A stretch of DNA of 64,000 nucleotides from Stylophora pistillata (lineage: Eukaryota): contig NW_019217996.1 in assembly GCF_002571385.2 (NCBI RefSeq), positions 309,530 to 373,529 on the forward strand, in the 5' to 3' direction. The position numbers and the translations under genes were made by a program. A model generated the notes under the pieces. The model ran no database searches, was not told the DNA's origin, and saw only the letters and a program-made list of their open reading frames with translations. Every line of letters starts with the position of its first letter. Positions within the stretch are counted from its first letter, which is position 1. Of the stretch, positions 12,157-24,727 are shown one piece after another.

Positions 12157-15100
12157 TTACATCAAAAAATGCATTGCATATGGAGTACAACCATGCCTGC
12201 TAGTGCTCTTATATTGCTTGTCATGTTCCTGCTGCATCAGGTAACAAATATGATCTAACAAACAGGAATGCATAAAAACCAAAAATAATACAACTGGGAA
12301 GCTGACAGGTGCATTGATTCTTGTTGTAGTCATCATGCAAGTTACCATATTTCTTTACATAAGTACCCATGCAAGTGCTTCATTAAAATTTTGGCAAAAA
12401 AGGGGGGTGCTCATAGGAAAAAGGGTGCTTAATCAAGGGGGGTGTGCAGCAATGGGAAAAAATTAAAAGAACAGATGATACAAATACAGAACTCTTCAAA
12501 CACATGGAGATAGAAATGAATAGAATGGGAACAAATGTATTCTCCTGTACTGATTCAATTATAGGTGAAGCTTAAAAGGTTGTAAATTATTTGGTAATGA
12601 AATAAGGTTTCCCTTATATCCCTACTATTCATGAAAGTGAGGAAGGAGGGGGGGTGCTATTTCAAGGGGGGCACTTGCTTGGCCTTTTGGCATAACAGTT
12701 GGCATGTATCTGGGGAAAGGCTCTTAATAGAGTGTGGGGGCTTATTCAAGGAAATATGGAAACTTGCCAAACTTTTTAAATAAACCACCATAGTAGAGGA
12801 ACTATTGACAAAGATGTCAACTTTCCTGAAAGTAAAAAGAAAAGTACTCACATTAGTAAGCATGTTGATTATACTCACAGAAAGTTAACGGATTACAGAA
12901 TTTATTTTCTCAGAATAAAGGAGAAAAGTATCACTGAACAATACCAAATGAATATGTCTAGTCTTGAAAATTCAACCCACCAATTTTAAGAAGATGATAA
13001 ACACACCCTGACTGATCAAATTTTAATAATTATAGTTTTGGGAAAATAATGAGCTGGTGAGAACAGAGTGACACTTGAAGTAGAACAGGGGTGTTATCAT
13101 AATGATAATTAACACTAACTAATTTCCCAACTAATTTACAGCATAGACAAAAAATACATTTACCGACATTAGGTTGTGCAAGTTAATTAAAGGGGAAATG
13201 AAATTCCTAATCACTTGAACTTTGCTGGCTTTTTGTGGTAAAAATAAATTACAAGAGGATACATTGAATTTCAAACTGCATTCATTTGCCTAAAAACAAA
13301 AAAAGACTTTCTCTGCAGATGCGGAGGATTTGCATTTGGCTAAATTAACCCTTACCTAACCAAATGCCATGAATGTTCATTGCACACCCCTTCACAAAGG
13401 GGAAATCTTCCTCTGTAATATTGTTTTCACTTGTTCCTTCTGTGGGGTTTTGCTCATCTGCAATATAATAAAAAAGGGGAAGGTTTTCTGAGTGCAGTTT
13501 ACTTTGGCGTTCATCTCTTCCATACACATAAGAAAGTAAATAGCACCAGGTCACTGCAAGTGTATAATTTCTTTGGAAATTACTCGCAATAAACTACTGG
13601 TAATACTCCACATAGGCTGAGCTACCTATCCAATACATGCTAAGCTCATTCTTGGTTAATGAAAGTTGGTGTCATTTGCATTTTTCAGCAAAAAATTATA
13701 TAGTATGATCAATGTTTGCCTCCCATCTAAAGTAAGACAATTCTAGTGACCACTGGGTCACTATACAGGACAACAAATGAATTATTCAACATAAGTGAGC
13801 TATCTGACTTTACCTTCAGTGATGAGCCAAAATGTCTTAATTGCACCATATCTGTTACAGTTATGGTCAGTCCCTGTACAATAGGTATACAGCTCATAAA
13901 AGCCCTGCACTGACTTCGACAATAAGCAGATGGTGACTTCTATTATGCCTTCTCCAATATTGCGAAGGTTGTAATATGTTTGGCACCCAGGTGTCTCGTT
14001 GTAACAAGTGCCGTTTCCAGCTTCACCTTTTCTGAGCTTTATGAGACGATTTCCATCTCTTTTTAGGTAGACATGATCTAGCCATTGGTCTGCATCTGTT
14101 AAATTCAGGTTGATGGTCCATGTTCCTCCTAAAGGAACTGTTGAAAAAAATTGCTAAGTTTTACTGAATAATTTCCCAAAATGATTGTCTGTCTTAATTA
14201 ACCCAGTTTTGAGAAAATTCCATCCCTTCATCCATTAACTCCCAAACCCTGCATTCATCTCCTAAAATGTCTGATAATTAAGGTCCCTTCCATTCCCTCT
14301 GCCACCTATATGCCCTCTTCTCTTTCAATTCCCCAAAATAAAAAGTAGGAAACAACTGATTGGGACAAAGTAGCAGTTCAGTGGAAAATATGCCATAATG
14401 TGTTGAGAGCCAGTTTATACCCAGTTACAAGTCAGGCAGTGGGATAAATCCTTTTGTATGCATTGAAGGACTGGTATAACTAGGTGCAAAATACATGTAG
14501 GTTAACAGCCAAACTCAACTGAAAGTGGATATAGAATGAGTTTGACATCAGACGTTTACCGGTATATCAGCCTTAGTAAATTAGTAGATCAGTATCAGTG
14601 GAATAAATTGTGTTTAAAAACTTACCTGAATAATTGACAGAAGCTGAATCTGATGCTGTTGAGACAGTACCTTGTCCAAAGGTTAGTAATCCTGGAAAGT
14701 AAAGGAAAAACACTGTAACCAAGGTCACTTACGGGGCCGTCACTTTCAACAAAAAGTCTTTGTAACTTCTGGATGAGTCTTAAAATTCAGCCCTGTAGAC
14801 ATACTTTAAGCCAACTCTAAGTTTCATACCCTTTGCGACAGGGTAGATTCTATTTATACCAAGCAACTAGTCGATAACACAGTTCAAACAAGAACAGACT
14901 CCTGACACAACTCCCCAGAAATACCCATACTACGTTGATCTCAATGGAGTCTACTTCACAGTCGTTGTTAACAATTTCTTTCCACCCAACACTGAGTGAC
15001 TGCTCTTCGTTGGACAATCAATAGAGAGCAGTATTTGTCTCAGTTTTGAAGCGTTTAACGTTATTACTGATCGAATGAGCGGATATACCAGGAAAACTCT

Positions 15101-15472
15101 CTTGGGGTCAGCACCTCATTGCGCATGTGGGATCGGGAATGGTCTCCCAAACATGTGACAGTAAAAAAGCTTGTAGTTGAAATATTACTCTGATTTGCTC
15201 TACGATCGGTCAATCACAGGCGATCGAGTGCTGAAGGTCAATTAGAGATAAGAGGCAAATTAAATTCCTAAAGTTCATGGACAACGATCGCAATAGCATA
15301 AAGCCGATAGGATACAGGAAAGAAACAGTAGCTTGTATACCGTATACCGTAGCTTGTACTGTACCGATTAAAATAAACAAATTTCAAAAACAGCACTCCC
15401 TCTTTACAACCAACCATAATACTAACCTAAAAAAGTGCACATCAAAGCGCGAAGCTTGATGATAGTTGTCAT
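12157..15472 (-). CDS. Signal-peptide protein with a non-canonical immunoglobulin-like domain (~211 aa; 3' end uncertain)
   Basis: Exons 15427-15472 (MTTIIKLRALMCTFLG), 14626-14691 (LLTFGQGTVSTASDSASVNYS), 13814-14137 (VPLGGTWTINLN...HVYLKRDGNRLI...IEVTICLLSKSVQGFYELY...), 13356-13457 and tentatively 12157-12254. All are GT-AG and phase 1, giving a 636-nt open frame. Confidence 0.7.
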
Positions 15473-16673
15473 TGACGCCGATCCCTTGACGGGTTCCGTA
15501 AAAAACCAGCGAGAAAAGGCCTCTAAAATCGCAACAGTGTAATTTATTGTAGTGTAGGTGACGTAGCCTAAGAGGGGTGGCGCTAGAATGTTCTAGAAGC
15601 TTCTATGGAACAATCTTACCTACTTTTATTTGACAGATGTCGTCGTGTCTTTTCCCGCCAATAGTAATTCTTTAATGTATTTCATTGTTTTCTTTGGTCA
15701 CGTGGTTTTTTTAGTTTTCGCAGTCAGTCACGAAATTTTAAGCTTTGCTTTTGCTTTGCCTTTCGTTCGTTGTCCTTTTGTGGAGTTGATTTAAAGTTAT
15801 TTCGAGCTTAACTGTTGCGGTGGCACGGTTGTTTTGAGTCGAGTAAGTATAGGCTGAGTATTCCGCTTGTGGAGCGCTGAAGGGGCCGATCGAGAATAAT
15901 AAAGAACGACAACTAGATGTTTGGATTTATATACATCACAGATGTCCAATTTTCAACCAATCAACATTCCTCGCAACTGCAACATACAACAGCAACGCGA
16001 GATCCTCGAAGCGATTTAAACTCCAGAATAATGACCCCAAGCCATTTTTGTTTTCATATTTATTTTGCGATTTTATTTTCATTGAAGATTCAGTTTCGAC
16101 TTTCACTTGTGGTTACTCCAGACCTTCTGCTACACACCTAGGGATTTTCTACACCGATCGCTCGAAAGCACTGGGCAAATTTTTGTTTATTTTACGAAAT
16201 AGAGAACCGTGATACAAGTGCACCCGGTGATTTTCTTACAAAATTTTGTCAAACCCTACCAATCTTCAAAGGCGTGGTCGTCTTGCCTTGGAGCAGGACA
16301 AATTTTTTGGGGCGTGAAATCTGACAGATTTTTCAATTTACAAGCTATGACTTGAAGGAAAACGTTAGTCAAGAAAATTTGATCTCGTTTTTTTTTATGT
16401 GAGTCTTTTGGGCAGAAGGCGGCTAAAATATTTAATTTTTAAGCGGCGATCGAACCGTAAAGATAGAGGATTGTACCTCGGGATGCCACATGACAATCAA
16501 TACTCATATTCTGGTTACCAAAGTTAAGCTGATTCTCCGGGTCTAAGTAAAAGAAAAGCGTATATGTCCGTAGATGCCGGAGAGAAGGCATTATTACTTC
16601 CTAGGCCCTCTTTACATATTAAAAGCCAACATTTTGCTGATCTTGAAGACTAAAGACGATTTGCGCAGTTATG

Positions 16674-17070
16674 GGTTTCTTAAGTCATACGCCCCAGTTT
16701 GCTACGTCTCCACAAAGAACACAGGAACCACGACGCAGATTTGGCGACAAAATGATATTTGAAAAAAAGAAAAACGAACTACTTGCATTTTTAGACTCGA
16801 GCGTTCCTACGGAAGCTAAAGTGCTTTAGAATGATTTGGGAGATTAAAGTGTCCAACGACTGGTTTGGATGCGTCTTTGTCATTCCTTTCTACATCACGA
16901 AGGTGTTCTCGCAGTCTGTCGCCTAGTCGTCTTCCACATTTTTCGAAAAACTGGCACATCTCCTGTGATCTATGATTTACGCAGTTACGGGTTTCTTAAG
17001 TCATAAGCCCCAGTTTGCTGCGTCTCCGGAAGGAACGCAGGGACCACGACGCAGATTTGGCGACAAAATG
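16674..17070 (+). repeat. ~90-bp imperfect direct repeat pair
   Basis: gcagttaygggtttcttaagtcata...accacgacgcagatttggcgacaaaatga occurs at ~16664-16755 and ~16981-17071. Confidence 0.75.
16820..16935 (-). mobile_element. Penelope-like element GIY-YIG endonuclease fragment
   Basis: The reverse strand reads GRRLGDRLREHLRDVERNDKDASKPVVGHFNLPNHSK, homologous to the copy at ~41.1-41.4 kb. Confidence 0.7.
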
Positions 17071-17184
17071 ACTGTCGCGTTCTTAGCGCAGTGTTCAACC
17101 GAAACACGAAGAGTATGCAAATCGACGGTTTATTTACCTTCAATGTCGAATGGTGAAACTACATGTAAATAAAATACAGAAAAC

Positions 17185-17833
17185 TACCGTGGCCGGTATG
17201 GACAAATTACGTACGTTATTTACACAAAACACATGCAAACTTAATAATTTGCGGACAAACTTAACAAAAAGCCAGCAAACTTAATAAAATGCACCCAAAC
17301 TGTAAATAACGCTAACAAACTTAATAAAGGACATCCAAACTTAACAAAATGCGTACAAACTTAACAATGGACACGCAAACTTAATACAGGACATGCAAAC
17401 TTAACAAAATGCGTTCAAACTTAGCAAAATGTGTACAAATTTTAGGACAGGCAAGTAAACTTTAAAAATAGCGCGCAAAGTTAAAATGAAACGCATTCAA
17501 ACTAAAAATGAAAAGCGTACAAAGTTAAAATTAAAAACACGAACTTAAAATGAGACACGCAAACTTAATAAAACGCGCACAAACTTAATATGAGACGAAC
17601 AAACTTTAAATGAAATGAACACCAACTTGAAATGAAACGCCTACAAACTTAAGAGCAAACACGCACGCAAACTTAAAATAGAACGTACGCATATAAGTTT
17701 GAGTTTTTCATTTTAACTTTGTAAGCGTTTCATTTTTGGTTTGTGTGTGTTTCACTTTATAAAGTTGCGTTCTGTTTTTAAAGTTTGCGTGCCTGTCATA
17801 AAGTTTGTACGCATTTTGTTACCGGCCACGGTA
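17185..17833. mobile_element. Foldback-like non-autonomous DNA transposon with an internal ~21-bp minisatellite
   Basis: taccgtggccggta (17185-17198) and taccggccacggta (17820-17833) are a perfect inverted pair with TA ends. Tandem caaacttaa units run forward to ~17680 and inverted from ~17695. Confidence 0.75.
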
Positions 17834-18106
17834 CTGTTGCGACAAAAAGTTTCGTACAGCAGAGTTTTGACCCCACAGCATCTACAAAAAGAATAACACG
17901 TCGACACAGTTGCGAGATAAGAAGTTTATTGAATACAAAACTGGAAGATTTATCATCATAACTACTGGACAAAAACTTTCACAACACATTTCAATATGTA
18001 CGAACAAACACTGAAACGGAAATTTATCACGGACCAACTGCAAGCTGACAGGGCAAAAAGAAGAAAGAAAAGATTTGTGGCGACTTGGGAGTGTTTGTTT
18101 CATTTC

Positions 18107-18310
18107 AACCCTTTACGCCCTAACATCAATATGCATATTCTCCATACTGTTCTCTATAAGTTTCTTAATAGAACTGACAAGGAGAGTTTGTTTAACAATC
18201 AATAGCTTCTTTAGTTGGTGATCATATCCTTTATTCTCATGACCTAAATAAGTGATGTGGGGGAGATATTGTAAGGAGAAATTATTCAGATGTTAGTCAC
18301 CCTTAGGGAG
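18107..18310 (+). mobile_element. Abundant short MITE family (aaccctt...atattctccatactgttctc...ggagaaatt...); related copies near 8.8-9.0, 10.5, 20.05-20.26, 29.5-30.0, 31.9-32.1, 44.7-44.9 and 51.8-52.0 kb
   Basis: Shared core and ttaaccctt/aagggttaa-type ends (piggyBac-like TTAA context) recur across the window. Confidence 0.6.
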
Positions 18311-18957
18311 AGATGATCAAGCCCAACTATTTTCATCTGATTTTAACTCTCCCTACAAGCTTTTATACATTTCTCAGTACATCAGTCAGGAGAATTTGCT
18401 GTTATATCAGGATGACACCCTATGACTGATAGGAGTGACATTTGTTGTCAACAGTTTTTATCAAGTGTATTGATTACATGACGCTTGCAGGTAAAAATCC
18501 TGCAATGCAGGTCTCTTATTCTAGAGTAAGTTGGTGTTACAAGCTTGCGATTGATAATCTCCCCATCCATGATTGATTCAGAGTTAGAGTGGACTGTGAG
18601 GGGAAGGGGAAGGCAAACATGTGATTTAGATTGCCCCCCTCATCTTACTTCTCACCACCCCCCCCAGCCCTCTATTTCTCCCAGCCTTCCACTGCAGTTA
18701 AACTCAAACATGGCAGTTATAATTTACTGAGCACTCGCTTGCCAATATCACTCCTGTTCTGCAGACTAACAGGTTAAAAGATAAAAGTTTGTCTTAACCG
18801 ATACACAAGTTACTGTTATAGCAAATAAATGGAGCAAACAATCATGGGAAGAGGCATCCTGAAACTTCTTGAAATGTCCATGCGCTTTAAGAGAAAGAGT
18901 TCAATCAATTCCTCTACAAAACCCAAAGACCTATCAGCTGGCAGTTGGTCCATTATT

Positions 18958-21900
18958 TTATTCAATATCTTCAGGTCTAACAGGGTCCTTCAATGGGATG
19001 ATGGACTTCTGATCTTTGTCACGTGATAGTGCTTTACGCATGTCTGTATTCCATAAAGAAAAAAATATTATTAGAGTCTATTGCATCATGATAGATGTGT
19101 TTTTATTTAGTTATCTCATTTTCCTATTGGGGGGGATGGGAAGGTAACTTATGAATCCTAAGGAGGTTGTGTGTCATATGGACTTAGGAATCCTGAGTCT
19201 AAACCACCACACCAATTATTGCAATCCTTTCCTATCAACTTAATAACTGTAAATAAAGGAGATATTCTCTCTACCCAACTTCCCTTTAGTGGGAATAAGG
19301 GAGGAGGTCTATTATTACAGTGGAAAAATATCAATCATTTACACAGATACAGGATTCTTGAGGAGGTGGGACCTTGTTTTAGAATATTTCCTAATCTGGC
19401 AGCCAGACAAGTCCATCCATAAAATGAATTCCATTTAATTGCTCATGACGAGATCAGTCAACTCTTCAATTCTATTCTCTATTGTGATGGAAGGTTCCTA
19501 ATATCAAGATAATCCCCTTAAAACATTCTTTTCATCCATGAGTTGACAAGTCTAGATGATGAGTAGCCCAGTGGCTTATGGCCACTTAAGTTGCCAACTG
19601 TTATCATCACACCTAGAAAGTAGTTCCTTGTGCAAAAGACAAAGGCGTCTCTGAGGTGAGTTTGAAATCTTAAATAGAATTCTTACCAAAAGCATCCTCA
19701 TCTGGGTCTCCGGAGTAGTACTCAAGGACACGTCTATAAATCACATAACCAAGCTGCTTGTACATGTCTACAGCAACATTATTACTCATGCGCACAAATA
19801 AGTCCACGAAAAAAGCATCTTTCCTGAAACAAGTTGAATATATAAATTGAATGTATTTTTTAGAGAAAAAAATTACTGTATCTATGATAGAACCATTGAC
19901 ACAATGTAGCATGGTCATCAGGTGTCTAGATCAGAGAACTGACCCAAAAACATTTGATACCCTGAACTGTTATGTATTCAGACCTGAAGGACATTCTCCA
20001 TTTGCTTTACTCTTTTAACTATTCCCTTAACTGTAACATTTCTTAACTATTTAATCCCTAAGAGTGATAAGCATCTTATTTCTCCCAACAGTCTCACCCC
20101 TGAATCAAAGAGTAAGGTCATGAGAATAAAGAAAATGATCACAAACTCAAGAAGTGCCTACTTGCTAGTCTAAGACTAATTCTCCACATGAGGATCATTG
20201 GAAATGCAAAGAGATCAATGGGAAGAATTTGCATACTCATGTTGGGGTATAAAGGGTATTTAGTGAAAACCCCATGTTTGAATCCCTAAACCATACAACC
20301 CTCTGGAAATTCTGATATCCAATGCAGCATCTATCACGATGACTCCTATTTGAAGATCAGCCCTTTAATCAGGACTTGGCATTTAATCAAAGGTGACTTA
20401 TCAGTTCAGGTCACCAATTACTTCAGAACTGAGTCTAAAACGTATGACCTGCAGGTCCTGATTATTTGCAAAGTGACACAAATACATTTTTGTGTAACAT
20501 AAAGAATATTACCTTTTGTTAATCTGTCATTACTGCTTAGTGATATAATTGTAATTTGTCCATTAAATAGCCTTACACAATATGAAATACCCAGCCTGCT
20601 ATTTAGTCAATGGTTTTTAATGCTTTCAAAAATGCAGTGGTTTACTTTTCTGAGATCTCTTCTAAGTTGGAAATCAGTTTTGCAGCCAGTCCAAGCCGGC
20701 GATACTCAGGGGCTACTGTTACTGCTGTTACATGACCATGCCATTCTTCTTGTTGAACACTTCCTTCAGCTTTTCCCATAACTGAAAAAAAAAATCAGTT
20801 TTGCAATGCTGATCATTTGCAGTTGAAAACAGGTACTTCTAGCTGCTTTAACAATTTAAAATATACTGACAACGTTGTAAATGATGGCCACAGAATAGCA
20901 TAATGGTAATCTTTTTTTACTAATTTTCTTCTGCAGCATCTCAGCAGGTTGAAATCCTAAGTCCTCCTATTTGATTGGCTGATTGCACACTCATAGCTGG
21001 TCCAGATTTGTGCAATTACCAACAGTTTGTAGATGGTACACTGTAGACAGTGTAGTTTGTAGCTAGTGAAAAATGATGGCTGCTGGTGCTTTTGAATAAC
21101 ACTCCCAAACCCTTGACCAGAATCCAACATGCTGATAACTTGACTCTGAATCAAAATAGTCGGCTATCTTTGCCTTCAGTAGCATTTTAATCAGCAATAT
21201 TGAATTCAAAGAAGGCCCTAGACTTAAAATGTTAAAATCAAAAGACATTCCCAACAATACTGTTAATCAGTGGTAGCTCAGACTTTAAACTTCTGGACCA
21301 GGTTGTTCAAAGGTGGGTTAGGGTAACCCAGGGTTAGTGTAAAATTTGATTTCAGACGTGAAAGGTTTAAAAGAAAATTCATTCTAATTCCATTTGTTTA
21401 CAATTTGATGATTGAATGCTCTAAAACTAAGTGAAATAATTATCCCAAAACAGCTCTTGAACTGAGAAATATAGAAACCTAGATTAAAATTTAACCCTGG
21501 GTTTAACAAGTTTATCATGTTTAACACATTTATTTAACAATAACAATAACAATAAATCCTTATTCCCCTGGCTCCGCAGATAGCAGTGCTAATCGAGGTT
21601 AGCACTAATTGGCCTTAGAACAACTGACCCTGCTGAACAGCACTTTAACACTAGTTCAAGGCCTCATTTGGAATTTCAAAATTACCATTACATAATAATT
21701 CTAAATCAAAAGTTCATATCAAATTGGAAAACAGTCCAATATTTTAGAACTTACTGTAACCCATAATTTGTCCTGTAGGTGATTCTGTTACTTGAAAGTA
21801 CTCTGGCCAGTGTGCTAGATATTGAAGATAGAATGCTAGTCCATACTGCAGTAACATTAAGAAAAAAATTGGGAATGTTGTTACCTTTTATTGAATATGT

Positions 21901-23650
21901 TTCATTTTTTAAAAAGACTTCTTGTTCTAGTATTGGGAGGCCTGTGCCTCCCATAAGGCATAGCAGGCTCAGAGCCAACCCAAGGAGAAATGAGTCAACA
22001 TGTTTTTTGTTGTAGTTTTCAGTAGCTTCACTGACTGTGGATTCCCTAAAGCTTCTACATAATCCAATCATGCAATGTGCAAGTGATCTTGATCGTTTGG
22101 AGTTTATAAATAAATTGTGGATTTGCGACTACACGGAAAGTTGCTAAAGATAACAATAATTGTATATTAAGTAACAATGGCTTAATTTCTTGTGTAAAAG
22201 TACATTAAAAGATCTACTGCTTTAATTTGCCCGGAGGCTCTCTTCCAAGATGGGGATAAGTGCAAAGTCAGTGAGTCTAGAAGTCTAACTCTAGGAAATT
22301 GAGATTTCATCAAAGGATACAGTTTCAGTCAATGGATCTAAGTTCCTAAAAAAAGGAAACAAAAACAAACACAGTCACAAATTAAGTTGATCACATGTTC
22401 TTGAATGTGTTCAAATTGGAGGGCAAGGAGAATAAACTTTTCCTTTGTCTTAGTAACTCTACAAAATAACTATTCTCATATTCTCCTTATTTCATTCTGT
22501 TATGATCATCACATGACTGCTGCCAAGATCATCAACACATTGCTCCACCACTGGCCCGTTGACTTAACATAATATTACATACTGAATTCTTCCAAGACAA
22601 GGCCAAGGTCTCATGAAGGTATCAGTATACGTTAGCTGTCCATTCCCTGGTCAGGGATGACAATTCTTAGAGGATGATATCTAAAACTTTCCAACTTCAA
22701 CCCACCAGAATGCCTCACTGTCAAAGGACACTGTTAAAAAGGGTTATGAGTGGTAAATGGTTGAGTTATTTTTGAGAAAAACTTCTTAACAGCAATAGAG
22801 GTCTTTTTTCTATGTTTACATATTAACTTCATCTTACACAACGGAGGTTGGAAGAATTTGATACAAGTTATTCAAATCTCAGATGCCAACCTACCCAAAA
22901 TGTCAACTAAAAGCTATCTTAGAAAACTCAAGCAGAGGCATAACTATAGATTCAAAGCCTCAAGTGAGGTGCAGGATTGCAAAATTTTGACTCTGATTTT
23001 AAGAGGTAGGAATCATACAATGATGTTGTACTGTTATCAAAGAGGTGCAAATTAGCAAGAGTTTTGCAGCAAATTATGCATCCTGGTCAAGTCACCCAAA
23101 GCCGGGTTGGAATAGCTTAGCTTTTATCTTTCTAGAAACCTTTGAATATTCCAGCCTTCTCAAAATGAAATCTAACCTGTTTTTAATCTATTCTCACCCA
23201 TGATCTATTGGATGACAGGTGTATGCATCGATGATGTCACCGTTAAGAACACTTTGTTTGTTATCAAGTTTCCGTGGGTCTGTTGAGCAAAAGATTACAG
23301 ATGGCGTCAAATTGGGGAAAAGCATCAGTGATAAACGGTTGCGCCTCGTGTCTCACTTTCTTGTTCTAACCGCATTTTGACGTCATCTGTTATCTCCTGT
23401 TAAACAGGCGCACGGCAGCATGGTCTCAATTTGTTAAACAGACATCAAGCCACAGTTGCATTTTACGCCATTTACTTAGCTTGGAAATGACAATTAAATA
23501 AACAGATACAATGCTCGCCTAGTAATCAGCTCTATTCCTTTCGCTTTTACCCAATACAGTACTCTTGACACAAACAAAAAAGCATAATCGTACTCACACA
23601 TTGCTAAAATGAAACATATCCTCGCATCTGAAAGGTCTAACAGTGGTCAT
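18958..23650 (-). CDS. NAA20: N-alpha-acetyltransferase 20 (NatB catalytic subunit), 175 aa
   Basis: Exons 23598-23650, 22321-22345, 21755-21845, 20646-20781, 19687-19823 and 18958-19043 (528 nt). Translation: MTTVRPFRCEDMFHFSNVNLDPLTETYGLAFYLQYLAHWPEYF...WHGHVTAVTVAPEYRRLGLA...FVDLFVRMSN...DEDAFDMRKALSRD...RPEDIE. Confidence 0.97.
21296..21632. mobile_element. MITE with (cc)aggttgttcaaa / gaacaact termini; related copy at ~28457-28725
   Basis: Terminal inverted similarity, with aacccagggtta/taaccctgggtt internal motifs shared by both copies. Confidence 0.5.
21846..22320 (-). other. U12-type (minor spliceosome) GT-AG intron 2 of NAA20
   Basis: 5' splice site GTATCCTTTG, branch-like TTTCTTAAT about 10 nt before the AG, and no long polypyrimidine tract after it. 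Confidence 0.85.
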
Positions 23651-24727
23651 TTTAGATTAAAAAAATGGCTACACAATCACAGACAAATGCTAAGCGAACG
23701 ATAGGCAAATATTACAAGGCGTTCCATGTTTTCCTAGACGGACTAGTAACTAGTTCTCACCACCTACCCCTCCCCTGAAAGTCGTAGGTGACATCAGCAT
23801 TTGTTTTCCTTCGCCAAAAATCAACGTAACACGACCAGATTACTTTCTATGGTTAAAAAAATTCCAACATGTCAGACGGTATTGAAGTCTGATATCAACA
23901 ACGTCACCGCGCATTAGAAAAATAAAATGTTTACAATGTCAAGCTACTAAATTTCATTACAAAGTATTTATAGGCGGGGGCTTAATTAAACAATTACGTA
24001 CATCCGATCCTATCTCAATTTTTTAAGAGTTCTTGATCCACGCTAGGTCGATAAAATGGTCATCCTACAGGCTTGAAGTCCAATTTGAGCCAGCGAGGGT
24101 TCACGTTAACGTCAGTTTATTTAGTGATAAAGATAGTAGGAAATCAAGCAGCTGCTTGGAGAAACTGAATAGCGTGACATCACATCCGTTTTAAATTGCG
24201 TTTTCATTTCACAAGAAACTTCGAACCTTTTAAGGCCGTATGATGGCTTAAGCTGCTAAAGAATTCCATTGTACAGGTACTCACGAAATTCCCTATTTCA
24301 ATCATTCTTAGCTTGAACAATTAGTTAGATTTATTCCCCTGCGATGCGACATTGTAGAAGCTCTCACCACAGGCACGACCTGTCATGCGAGACACACGAC
24401 TAAATCTTGTCACGACTCGCCAACGACAGATCGTTTTTGTCCCAATGGTAGCATACGACATTGTGTAACATCTTTTACGAAAAGGACGCCGACTTCCTCA
24501 ACTTCGTGGAAAAAAATTTCTTAACCACAAAAGTTTGTTTTCCTACTTCAATTCAGTGGCACGTGCAGAGTCGATTGTCTTAGAAATGAGGCTGTGTCAT
24601 GTTTTGTGAGGACGAAAATAACATGGCGGTCGTTGTTATTTTGGGGGAGGTTTGACAGGATTTACCACGGTTTTACAGCCATATTTTACTAAATTGAAGG
24701 ATTACTAGAGATTCAAGTCAGATAATC
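23651..24727. promoter_or_regulatory. Bidirectional CpG-rich promoter region between NAA20 and the actin-like gene
   Basis: Head-to-head start codons ~1.08 kb apart, high CpG content, aacatggcgg at 24620-24629, and cacgtg at ~24560. Confidence 0.6.

Noticed and set aside
17200-17700. Regularly spaced repeats resembling a CRISPR array
   Set aside because: Eukaryotic context, degenerate units without unique spacers, no cas genes, and bounded by TIRs.
19450-19612. Possible intronic C/D snoRNA in NAA20 (GTGATGA...CTGA on the minus strand)
   Set aside because: The boxes are ~150 nt apart, with no terminal stem and no recognisable guide.
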